This document shows positions 9,280 to 17,575 of a stretch of DNA of 64,000 bases, piece after piece. The translations under genes and the position numbers were made by a program. The notes beneath the pieces are model-generated. The model was given only the letters and a program-made list of their open reading frames with translations, was not told the origin of the DNA and did no database searches. The first letter of the stretch is position 1, and the number at the start of each line of letters is the position of its first letter. The DNA is from Armatimonadota bacterium. Lineage in GTDB: Bacteria; Armatimonadota; SYMT01. The stretch lies in the NCBI GenBank assembly GCA_041690135.1, contig JAWLHY010000006.1, positions 375,778 through 439,777 of the forward strand, given 5' to 3'.

Positions 9280-10389
9280 TCAGCGGGAAGCCAGGAACTC
9301 CTCGACTGCCAAGGAGCAGCCGCGGGGCTCGGCTCCGGAAGCCCGTCCGAGCACCTCAAAACCCTCTCCCCGGGCGACGCCCAGGTCATCCGTCTGAATG
9401 GCGGCCACGGTGTGGAGGTTGGCGAGATCATGGTGCCGCAGCAGGCCCACTTCCCCATCCGGCAGCGGTTGCAGGGTATCGGCGTCGACCACCTGGGTCC
9501 GGACCCACGGGGGCGGGATCTTCACGCGCCCCTCAACCGGGGGGATTGGTTCTCCACGCAGGCTGTCCCGGAGCACCTCATCGTAGAACTGGCTGCCCAT
9601 TTCGGTCATTCCATATTCGTTGACGACGTGGCTTTCCGGCACTCCCAGGGCGGCGGAATACAGGCCGTACAACTCCACTTTAGGCACTTCCCGCGAGCGG
9701 CCCTTATAGCCTCCGGTATCCATGATCCGCGAGCCGGGCGGCAATTGGAAGCGGCGTCCTTCCCCTTCCAGCCAGTCCAGGAAATGCACGAAGCCGAAGG
9801 CGGTGCCCAGGAGGCAGACCGGTTCTCCTTCCGCCTCGGCCTTCTCCAGGGCGGCGGCGAGACAGCCGAACCGCGGCCCGGTGTCGGTCCAGAAGATCCC
9901 GCTTCCGGCCGTCCCGAACCGCTCCAGCACGCGGGAGTTCATGTGGCCGAGCGACGAGTGCGGATGGTACTTCGCCGAAGGACCCACGACGAGGACCCGG
10001 ATCGTCTCTCGGTCCGGCAGGAGATGGGCCCGGAAGTTGGGCTCCAGCGAGGCATCGTATAGCACGGTGTCCGGCAGCAGATGCCTCCCCCGCTTCTCCT
10101 CACCCCGCGTGGTCCCGCTGGTAATGTAGACGACCCTAACCGCTTCCGGAGCCACCGTGGTCAGGTCCGCTTCCTTGAAGGCGTTGGTAGGAAGCGCGGG
10201 AATCTGCCGCCAGTCCGAAACGGTCTCCGGCGTCCGGCGGCGGGCACGACAGTAGGCCGCGTAGGGACGGTTGTGAGCGAACTGGTGCGCAAACACCGTC
10301 AGCGCGAGCCGGTTGAACTCCGGCTCGGACGGCGGGCGGTCTACCCCCGCGGCCATCACCGCGAGCAGCTCTTCGGCCAGGGCGCTCAT
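9280..10389 (-). CDS. luxE: Acyl-protein synthetase (LuxE family)
   Basis: IPALP..AFK, TSGTT, MDTGGYKGR, EYGMTE.GSQ.Y, DLAN, IQTDDLG, C-terminal GR....PRGCS acylation Cys; start 10389 overlaps upstream stop. Confidence 0.88.
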   Translation of the reverse strand: MSALAEELLAVMAAGVDRPPSEPEFNRLALTVFAHQFAHNRPYAAYCRARRRTPETVSDWRQIPALPTNAFKEADLTTVAPEAVRVVYITSGTTRGEEKRGRHLLPDTVLYDASLEPNFRAHLLPDRETIRVLVVGPSAKYHPHSSLGHMNSRVLERFGTAGSGIFWTDTGPRFGCLAAALEKAEAEGEPVCLLGTAFGFVHFLDWLEGEGRRFQLPPGSRIMDTGGYKGRSREVPKVELYGLYSAALGVPESHVVNEYGMTEMGSQFYDEVLRDSLRGEPIPPVEGRVKIPPPWVRTQVVDADTLQPLPDGEVGLLRHHDLANLHTVAAIQTDDLGVARGEGFEVLGRASGAEPRGCSLAVEEFLASR

Positions 10390-11600
10390 GCCGGCGCTCC
10401 GCTGGCCGCCAGCGCCGTCTCCAATCCCCGGAGACCCCGCTCCAGCTCGTCTTCCCGGAGGTTCAACGGGGGGGCCAACCGCACGATGGTGTTGCTGTGG
10501 AGGGTCCAACCGACGATGACCCCCTCTTCGAAGGCGCGCCGGACGAAGCGGGCGGTCCGCTCCGGCGTGTCGAGCTCAAAACCGATGAGCATCCCCAGCC
10601 CTCGCACGTCGCGGACCCCACCGTGGGCTTCTCCGAAGGAACGCAGCGCGGCGCGGATCCTTTCTCCGGTCGCGGCGGCGCGGGCCGGGAGATCCTCTTC
10701 CAGGATGACCCGGAGCGAGGCTAGACCGGCGGCGCAGCAAACCGGGTGACCGCCGAACGTCGTCACGTGGGCCAACGGCGGATCATGGGAAAGGCACCGC
10801 ATCAAGTCCGGCGCGCCGACAAAGGCGCCCAACGGCATGCCGCCGCCGAGGGCTTTCGCCAGCACCAGCACGTCGGGAACCACGTCCCAGTGTTCGCCGG
10901 CGATGAACCGACCGGTTCGCCCCATTCCGGTCTGGACCTCGTCGAAAATCAGGAGCGCCCCTACCTCGGAGCAGCGGCGACGCAGGGCCGGCAGCCACTC
11001 CGCCGGGGGGACCCGCACGCCGCCTTCTCCCTGGATCGGCTCCGTAATGACGCCGGCAACCCGCTCGCCGATGCGTTCCAGAGCCCCCACTTCCCCAAAG
11101 GGTAGGAACTCCACCTCGGGCAAGAGCGGGAGGAACGGGTTGCGGTAGACCTCCCGACCGGTCACCGAAAGCGACCCCTGGGTGTCGCCGTGATAGCTGT
11201 TCTGAAAGGCCACCAACCGGGACCGGCCCGTGTACTTCTTGGCAAGCTTCAGAGCCCCTTCATTCGCTTCGGTGCCGCTGTTGGTGAAGTAGACGACGGA
11301 AAGCGGGTCCGGGAGGGCCTGCGACAGCAACTCCGCCAGGCGGACCTGCGGCTCCAGCACGTACTCGCCGTAGACCATTGCGTGGAGGTACTTCCCCGCC
11401 TGCTCCCGGATCGCTTCCACCACCGCCGGGTGCGCGTGCCCAACGTTGTTGACACCGATCCCGGCCAGGAAGTCGATGAACTCGCGGCCGTCCGCCGCAC
11501 GCAGCGTGGCACTCTGCGCCGATTCGATCACCAGGCCCAGCGGCTCGTCCGACGTCTGGCAGACGTGGCGCTTGAATGGGTCCGTTAACTCGTGCTGCAT
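10386..11600 (-). CDS. Class III PLP-dependent aminotransferase (acetylornithine aminotransferase-like)
   Basis: DFLAGIGVNNVGH, NSGTEANEGA, EPIQGEGG, FDEVQTGMGRTG, AKALGGG. Confidence 0.88.
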   Translation of the reverse strand: MQHELTDPFKRHVCQTSDEPLGLVIESAQSATLRAADGREFIDFLAGIGVNNVGHAHPAVVEAIREQAGKYLHAMVYGEYVLEPQVRLAELLSQALPDPLSVVYFTNSGTEANEGALKLAKKYTGRSRLVAFQNSYHGDTQGSLSVTGREVYRNPFLPLLPEVEFLPFGEVGALERIGERVAGVITEPIQGEGGVRVPPAEWLPALRRRCSEVGALLIFDEVQTGMGRTGRFIAGEHWDVVPDVLVLAKALGGGMPLGAFVGAPDLMRCLSHDPPLAHVTTFGGHPVCCAAGLASLRVILEEDLPARAAATGERIRAALRSFGEAHGGVRDVRGLGMLIGFELDTPERTARFVRRAFEEGVIVGWTLHSNTIVRLAPPLNLREDELERGLRGLETALAASGAPA

Positions 11601-12733
11601 AGCTCTCTCAGCGCCGCCTCCAGCTCTTCGCGCACCCAGTCCTCTTCTTCCGCGTCCAGGCGCCGACGCACGGCATCGCCGGCCGCCGGTCCGCCCAGAC
11701 GGCCCAACGCCCATGCCGCGTGCCCACGGACCAGGGGCTCCTCGTGCTCCAGCGCCCGGACCAGCGCGGGTACCGCGGCCGGATCTCCACTATTCCCGAG
11801 GGCAACACACACGTTGCGCAGGAGGCCCTGTCGCTTGGTCCGCTTCACCGGGCTGCGGCGGAACGTTTCCTGGAACTGCTCCACCGTCATCTCCAGGAGC
11901 GGGATCAACTCCGGCGCCTTCAGGGCGTCCCGGGGCGCCAGGCGGGGGTCCGAACCCACCGCGGCCTTGCGGTTCCACGGGCACACCTCCTGGCAAATAT
12001 CACACCCAAAGATCCAATTGCCGATGAGCGGCCGCATTTCTCGCGGGATAGGCCCCCGGAGTTCGATGGTGAGGTAGGAGATGCAGCGGCGGGCATCCAG
12101 CACGTACGGGGCAACGAAGGCTCCCGTGGGGCAGGCGTCCTGGCACCGGGTGCAGGTGCCACAGTGCGCGGAGACGGCGCCGTCGGGCGGCAGCTCCACG
12201 TTCAACAGCAGGGCACCCAGGAAGAAGTAGCTTCCCTGGCGCGTGTTGAGGAGGCAGGTGTTCTTGCCGAACCACCCCAGCCCCGCGCGCGCGGCGAGAT
12301 CCCGTTCCAGAAGAGGGCCGGTATCCACGTAGTAGCGCCCGGCCAGGTCGCGAGGGCCCCACTGCACCGCCCAGGCACGCAGTCGCCGGAGCTTTCCGGC
12401 AATCACCTCGTGGTAGTCCTCCCCTACCGCGTAGCGGGCGAACTGTCCCCGGCTGGGATCGTGCCGTTCCGCCGGGTCGGGCTCCCAGGTGTGGTAGTTG
12501 AGCCCCGCGACAAGGATGGAAGCGGTCTCCGGCCAGACGATGCCGGGGTCCGAGCGCCGCTCCGGATCGCGCGTCAGGTAGTGCATCTCGCCGGCGCGAC
12601 CGTCCCGCACCCAGTCGAGGTACGCCTGGCGTGTCTCGGCGGGCGTGGCGGCCGCAATCCCCGCCAGCTCAAATCCCTCGCGCTTCGCTGCCTCCAGCAA
12701 CCGCTGCTTGAACTCCGTCGCATCCCATTCCAT
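11585..12733 (-). CDS. queG: tRNA epoxyqueuosine(34) reductase QueG
   Basis: DYH, VDTGPLLER, GLGWFGKN, CGTCTRCQDACPTGA, CISYLTIE, FGCDICQEVCPWN, C-terminal HEAT repeats. Confidence 0.95.
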   Translation of the reverse strand: MEWDATEFKQRLLEAAKREGFELAGIAAATPAETRQAYLDWVRDGRAGEMHYLTRDPERRSDPGIVWPETASILVAGLNYHTWEPDPAERHDPSRGQFARYAVGEDYHEVIAGKLRRLRAWAVQWGPRDLAGRYYVDTGPLLERDLAARAGLGWFGKNTCLLNTRQGSYFFLGALLLNVELPPDGAVSAHCGTCTRCQDACPTGAFVAPYVLDARRCISYLTIELRGPIPREMRPLIGNWIFGCDICQEVCPWNRKAAVGSDPRLAPRDALKAPELIPLLEMTVEQFQETFRRSPVKRTKRQGLLRNVCVALGNSGDPAAVPALVRALEHEEPLVRGHAAWALGRLGGPAAGDAVRRRLDAEEEDWVREELEAALRELCSTS

Positions 12734-12740
12734 GGGGAGG

Positions 12741-12749
12741 ATGGTACCA
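12741..12749 (-). promoter_or_regulatory. Extended -10 promoter giving a probable leaderless queG mRNA
   Basis: Minus strand TGgTACCAT followed by 7 nt (cctcccc) then ATG; no SD. Confidence 0.55.
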
Positions 12750-12770
12750 CTGCGGGGGAGGATGGAGCAA

Positions 12771-12953
12771 GGCTTCGCCGATTAGGATGAAGATTTGGAT
12801 GAGGATAAGGACGAGGAAGATAAGGATAAAGATAAGGAAGGATGAGGATGAGGATGAGGATGAGGACGGAGTAGATAAGGACGAAGACGATAAGGATAAG
12901 GATCCGCGGCTTCGCCGATTAGGATGAGGATTAGGACGAGGATAAGGATGAGG
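12771..12953. repeat. GAT(G/A/T)AG hexamer tract with two ggcttcgccgattaggatga anchors
   Basis: Direct repeat at 12771-12790 and 12908-12927, each followed by runs of gatgag/gataag/gacgag. Confidence 0.88.
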
Positions 12954-12997
12954 TGCACAGAGAAGCCCGGGCGCGTCCGCCCGGGCTTCTCTGTGCA
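12954..12997. terminator. Perfect 20-bp stem hairpin, probable terminator of the 68-aa gene
   Basis: tgcacagagaagcccgggcg-cgtc-cgcccgggcttctctgtgca; no U-tract. Confidence 0.6.
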
Positions 12998-13041
12998 ATC
13001 TATTGGCCCGTTTCGGGCAATCGGTCTCGCCGGAATGGCGA

Positions 13042-13248
13042 TCAGGCGGCGACGGCGGTCTCACCAATGGTGGCGATGGCGGCGTCGGCGGCGCGCAGGG
13101 CGGCGCGGACTTCTTCCGCCGCCTGCAGCGATTCCGGCCGGGTGCAGCCGCGGCTCGCGGCGCGAGCGCTGCGGATGGCATCCCGCCACGAGGTGTGCCC
13201 GTAGTTCAACTGAAGAATAATGAAGGCCAAGCGCTGTCGAGATGTCAT
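13042..13248 (-). CDS. Small hypothetical Ala/Arg-rich protein (68 aa)
   Basis: SD TAAGGA upstream of ATG, own promoter upstream, hairpin downstream. Confidence 0.55.
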   Translation of the reverse strand: MTSRQRLAFIILQLNYGHTSWRDAIRSARAASRGCTRPESLQAAEEVRAALRAADAAIATIGETAVAA

Positions 13249-13399
13249 CTGTTTCCTTACAAATCACTCGCAAAATGGCGGGCTACCCGCAAACCAAGGG
13301 AGTATATCACCCGCGTCAAGAGGTCCACTTTAACTGTGGGTTAACCTCTGCCTACCTGGCGCCGAACGGGGTCCGCCACGGGTGCACACACAAGCTCGG

Positions 13400-13429
13400 A
13401 GTGTAGCGGAACGGACGACACCGAGTCAA
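13400..13429 (-). promoter_or_regulatory. sigma70-type promoter for the 68-aa gene
   Basis: TTGACT-N18-TACACT on the minus strand. Confidence 0.5.
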
Positions 13430-13697
13430 GAGACAATTGTTGAATAGTTGTTCGCACGCATCAGATTGAGAGTCCCGGTGACCTATACAGGTTCTACCGT
13501 GAGCCGGAAACAAGCATACCGAAAGGTCGCTAAGGGACATGCTCGCCACCGCTCCAGCCACACTTGAGCTTCGCCAAGAAATAAATTTGTGCGGGGGGGC
13601 TATAAGAAGGATGTGTGGCTATTTTCAGTGAAATGGCAGGCGGTTGCCAGAGTACCGGACAGCTCAGAGGCTACTTCAACAACAAGAGGAGAGTACG

Positions 13698-14261
13698 ATG
13701 AGAGCAAGAGACCTGAAACAGGCTGTGCGCCGTGGCGCCGTGGTCCTCGCCGGCACGACGTTGGCCTTCTATGCCTGCGCAGCCGCTGCCGTTTCCGTTG
13801 CTGTAGCACCTGCAACCGGAACCTACCTCGCAACTACTGCTGGGGGTGGTCTCCAAGCGGAGATCGAGGTGCGCGGACACCTCAGCTACGCAACAAGCCA
13901 GGGGCAGGGCGGCACCTACTACTACTGGCCGACACACACAGACAATGACTGCGGCAATTCCTACTGTTCTGGCGGCAGAGTGGGGTATCAGAGGTATGCC
14001 TGTAAGGCCGGGACCGGTTTGGGTAGCGACAACGTGGACTGTGAGTTCTACGGGGACTGCCGCCTATTCAAAGGGAGCACTGCAATGACGCCACTGAATC
14101 CCCAATTGTACATCATGAACTATGATGGTGAAGTTAGCGAAGATCCCTGGTACGCCGGTTCAGGGTTCACCACCAATTTGACTGTCCAGTTCAAAGTGGG
14201 TGCGTGGCCAAGCGACGACGAGGAGAACTGGACAGCAGTAACGGCTTCACCCGGCCTGTAG
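13698..14261 (+). CDS. Secreted Cys-rich hypothetical protein
   Basis: SD AGGAG, basic N-terminus plus Ala-rich signal peptide, five Cys clustered in the mature part. Confidence 0.7.
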   Translation: MRARDLKQAVRRGAVVLAGTTLAFYACAAAAVSVAVAPATGTYLATTAGGGLQAEIEVRGHLSYATSQGQGGTYYYWPTHTDNDCGNSYCSGGRVGYQRYACKAGTGLGSDNVDCEFYGDCRLFKGSTAMTPLNPQLYIMNYDGEVSEDPWYAGSGFTTNLTVQFKVGAWPSDDEENWTAVTASPGL

Positions 14262-14275
14262 CCGGACATTTGCGA

Positions 14276-15688
14276 ATGAAGACTATGAAACGCGCAAGGG
14301 CACTTGTACTTGTTGCCGGTAGTATTGCCTTTGGAGCTACAGTGACTCTCCAGGCGGCGCCACCGGACCAACGTCTGGGGAAGGTGTTTACCTGTTCAGT
14401 TCCCCGAGCCTCGCTGGAGACGGGATTGCGTGCCCTGGGACGTGACGCCGGAGTACCGCTGGCCAGCGGTACTCCGGCCCTGGCTCGCCGGCCGGTCCTC
14501 TTGTACGTACGAGGTCAGTCCGTAGAATCCGTCATGGGCCAGATTGGCGCGTTTTTCTCCACGTCTCCGGGTCGGTGCGTGTGGCAGCCGGCGAAGCTCG
14601 ACGGGGTGTCCGGCTACCTGTTCCGAGAAGAGGCACGTAGCCGGGAGGCCCGCACCCGCCTGATGAAGCAATTGCGTAAGGACCGGGCGCGCTCCGTGCA
14701 GGCCGATCTGGATCTGGCACTTCGCCTGGCAAACCAAGATGACACTTCGTTACAGGCGCAGCGGAAAAAGCACCCGGGGCACGCCTTCTGGATGCCGGCC
14801 CTGAAGTGGAACCTCCGATTATTAGCCGATCTGCCTGAACTTACCCGGGCAAAGTTGCTTTCGGGCGAGGTGGTTCGTTGGCGCTGCCGCGACATGTCTC
14901 CCCGGCAGATCGCGTACATCCGGCAATTCTTTGGCGGCAGGACGTCTGCGCGCACGAGTCTTCCGGGGCGTCCCGGATATTACCTGGAATGGAAGCTCGA
15001 TCGCGACCTTCCGGGGTCCGAAGTCATCTTTCGCCTCTCGGGCAAGCCGGACCGTCCCGGCATTTTAATGACGATACCTACACTCCCCAACAGGCGAATC
15101 GGACATCCCGATATTCTGCATCCGGGCATCCCACGCGATGGCGCCCCCGATTGGGTGAGGAACATCCATGCCCAACGAGACCGCGCTCTGGCAGAGGAGC
15201 GAGCGCGGCTGCGTACCCGCTACGCTTCCGACGCGTCCCTGCAGAAGGTGATCACCGTCAGAGCGACCGTTCCCGGTCCCGATCCGTTCGGTTCGGGAAA
15301 AACCGTACCGCTCTCCGCGGAATGGACGGATGCGATGAGGCAGGTGGCAGACCAATCGGGTCTGAGCGTTCTAGGTGACTACGATCCGATCTGGCAAGAC
15401 TACTATTGCTGGAGCGACCCCGTGACCCCCGGTCGCCCGCACCAGAAGCGGATGAGGAACGCGGTGTCGGGACCGCTCTGGCAGGTGATGGAGGACCTAT
15501 CCCGCTACTTCGATGTGGAATGGGAGAAAAAAGGACCGTTTCTGCTCGTCCGCAGCCGACGGGTGATCTATGCCGTGATGGACGGTATTGACCTGTTGGA
15601 TACCCGTAAACCGCCGCCAATCAAGTATCCCGACCCGGATGATCCCGCTTCACGAGAACGGATCGTGTATGATCCCTCGAAAGAGTAG
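14276..15688 (+). CDS. Secreted hypothetical protein (N-terminal STN/secretin-N-like segment)
   Basis: Signal peptide MKRARALVLVAGSIAFGATVTLQA; L...LRAL....GV.L and similar helix-strand units; start 14276 or 14285. Confidence 0.65.
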   Translation: MKTMKRARALVLVAGSIAFGATVTLQAAPPDQRLGKVFTCSVPRASLETGLRALGRDAGVPLASGTPALARRPVLLYVRGQSVESVMGQIGAFFSTSPGRCVWQPAKLDGVSGYLFREEARSREARTRLMKQLRKDRARSVQADLDLALRLANQDDTSLQAQRKKHPGHAFWMPALKWNLRLLADLPELTRAKLLSGEVVRWRCRDMSPRQIAYIRQFFGGRTSARTSLPGRPGYYLEWKLDRDLPGSEVIFRLSGKPDRPGILMTIPTLPNRRIGHPDILHPGIPRDGAPDWVRNIHAQRDRALAEERARLRTRYASDASLQKVITVRATVPGPDPFGSGKTVPLSAEWTDAMRQVADQSGLSVLGDYDPIWQDYYCWSDPVTPGRPHQKRMRNAVSGPLWQVMEDLSRYFDVEWEKKGPFLLVRSRRVIYAVMDGIDLLDTRKPPPIKYPDPDDPASRERIVYDPSKE

Positions 15689-16523
15689 CTGAACTTCCCT
15701 TTCCGGCATTAAATGGGGGCACCTCGGAGTTGCGTCGGCCCCATTGATCGAGGGTGCGCGCCCAGGGGTGGGCTTCGATCCAGAGGGTAAGGGAATGCTT
15801 TTCGGCCCAGACGTGGAAGAGCACCAGGGCGGCGACGACGCCCGCCTGGAGCGCGGGCGGGAGCATCAGCGCGCCAACTACCCCCAGCAGGGCGCCCAAC
15901 GCGTTGGAGCCGGTATCTCCGAGCATCAGCTCCGCACGGGCCTCGCGGCGAGCATAGGGCAGGGTGAGGCTCCAGGTCTGGGTGAGAAGCAGTGGCCCCG
16001 CCAATGTCGGTATTAGGCCGAGCAGCCAAAAGATCTTGAGCGCCCGGAGTGGGCGGAGATCCAGCAGGTTGAAGGCGTTGGCGGAGAGGGCAATCAGGGG
16101 CGCCGCGGTGACGGGAGTGCTCGGAGCGGGGACCCAGAAGGAGAGGGTGAGAGCCAGCACTCCCCCGCCCGCGGCTTTGAGCATGCCGGTAGTGATCCGG
16201 CCCCGGCGGAGCGCCCCCAGGTGGCCGCGCAGCCCCTTGAACTCCGCCGTGCCCCAGCGATCATCGATCAGGCCCAGGAGACCGAACCCCACCACGGCTA
16301 CCGCGCAGAGGCGGGAGGCAGGATCGGCTGCGAAGAGCCACGGCAGGGCGCCGACCACGAAGAGCAGTCCCGCGCCGCTGCCAATTGGCTCCCCCCGGAA
16401 GTTGGTCCGTTCCAGGCCCATTGCCTTCAGCAGGGGCGGCAGCGGCAGCACCAGGAGGGCGCCGAGACCCAGGGAGAGGACCAGTACCAGGAGGCGGAGG
16501 GAGAGATCGGAGATAGCAGGCAT
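15621..16523 (-). CDS. MraY/WecA-like glycosyltransferase family 4 (polyprenyl-phosphate sugar-1-P transferase-like)
   Basis: Multi-TM; NFRGEPI, GLIDD, KGLRGH, NAFNLLDLRP, MLGDTGSNALG. Confidence 0.82.
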   Translation of the reverse strand: MPAISDLSLRLLVLVLSLGLGALLVLPLPPLLKAMGLERTNFRGEPIGSGAGLLFVVGALPWLFAADPASRLCAVAVVGFGLLGLIDDRWGTAEFKGLRGHLGALRRGRITTGMLKAAGGGVLALTLSFWVPAPSTPVTAAPLIALSANAFNLLDLRPLRALKIFWLLGLIPTLAGPLLLTQTWSLTLPYARREARAELMLGDTGSNALGALLGVVGALMLPPALQAGVVAALVLFHVWAEKHSLTLWIEAHPWARTLDQWGRRNSEVPPFNAGKGSSATLSRDHTRSVLVKRDHPGRDT

Positions 16524-16540
16524 TGGGTGGAAAGATCAGG

Positions 16541-16689
16541 CGTACGGGGTACCGGGCAATTCATGCGGAGCGCAGTGCAACCCCTACGGGCCGTATGGCT
16601 GCGCACGAAGTTTGCTCGGGCAGTGCAACTGCCCGAGATCACGGGGTACCCGGCAATCCATGCGGAGCGCAGTGCAACTCCCCGTGATC
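16541..16689. repeat. Pair of ~45-bp REP-like stem-loop repeats with a central hairpin
   Basis: cggggtacc(g/c)ggcaat(t/c)catgcggagcgcagtgcaac twice (from 16545 and 16642); ctcgggcagtgcaactgcccgag between. Confidence 0.8.
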
Positions 16690-16879
16690 GCGCTGGACCA
16701 AGACATTTTGAGACTACGGGGTGTGTGGAAGGACCTGGGCAGGTACGGTCCACCAATTGGTAGCCGACACCCGCGCGCGGGTACCCGGCGCCGTCACTCC
16801 GGCAAGCTTCGTCGACCTGAGTGGAGAAAAAGGTTTGTGCAGAGCGGTCAAGAACTTTTCAGATACTTCCCCCAATCCA

Positions 16880-17575
16880 TTAGCGGAGCTTGTGCCAGCG
16901 GCGGAGGATGGCCAGCGCCACGTAGAGGAACTGCCGCCCCCGGTGCCGGAAGCCCGCCCAGTTGCGGCCGGTGACCCGGTGCGACATGGTCGTCGGCACT
17001 TCCACAACGCGAAGACCCAGGCGCGCGGCATCGAGGTTGAGCCCCATCTCCACCCCGAAGTCCGCATCCAACCGGCCAATGCGCTCCCAGGCTTTGCGCG
17101 ACATGGCGCGCTGGCCGGAGAGTGGCGACTGCATCGGAGCGCCGCCGGCGCGGCGAATCCCCCACCGGGCCAGGGTCAGCACCATCCCGAAACCGGCACG
17201 CCGGCCGGGTGTTCGGGGGAAGGATGCCACCGTCACGTCCGCCGCACCGTCAAGGATCGGCGCCAGCAGATGCGCTGCTTCGCCGGCCGACTGGCGGAGA
17301 TCGGCGTCCAACAGAACCAGGATCTCGCCTTTCGCTTTCGCGAGCCCGGCAGTCAATGCGGCGCCCTTTCCGTGGTTCCGCCGTAGACGTACCACCCGTG
17401 CACCCGCGGATTCCGCCTCTTCCGCGGTTGCGTCGGGAGAGCCGTCGTCGACCACGATCACTTCCGGGATGAGGTCGGGCAAAGCATCCATTCCGGCCAG
17501 CACCGCCGTGACGGTTTCGCCCACCCGACCGGCCTCCGCGTAGGCCGGGATAATCACCGAGACAGTCCGCGTCAC
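16880..17575 (-). CDS. Glycosyltransferase family 2
   Basis: SVIIPAY.E, VVDDGSPD.T, NHGKG.A, LLDADL, PLSGQRA, FGVEMG. Confidence 0.9.
   Translation of the reverse strand: MTRTVSVIIPAYAEAGRVGETVTAVLAGMDALPDLIPEVIVVDDGSPDATAEEAESAGARVVRLRRNHGKGAALTAGLAKAKGEILVLLDADLRQSAGEAAHLLAPILDGAADVTVASFPRTPGRRAGFGMVLTLARWGIRRAGGAPMQSPLSGQRAMSRKAWERIGRLDADFGVEMGLNLDAARLGLRVVEVPTTMSHRVTGRNWAGFRHRGRQFLYVALAILRRWHKLR

Noticed and set aside
7867-10389. Bioluminescence operon
   Set aside because: No luxA, luxB or luxD in the window; luxC/luxE homologues are widespread in non-luminous bacteria
12669-13181. 170-aa ORF with poly-Ser and (IL)n stretches
   Set aside because: Translation artefact of the hexamer repeat tract
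13042-13330. tmRNA, because the small ORF ends in AVAA-stop
   Set aside because: No tRNA-like acceptor or T-arm ends recognised, and the ORF has its own SD and ATG
13320-13350. preQ1 riboswitch upstream of queG (agaggtt...cctct stem)
   Set aside because: Lacks the preQ1-I loop and A-rich 3' tail; separated from queG by an ORF, a hairpin and queG's own promoter
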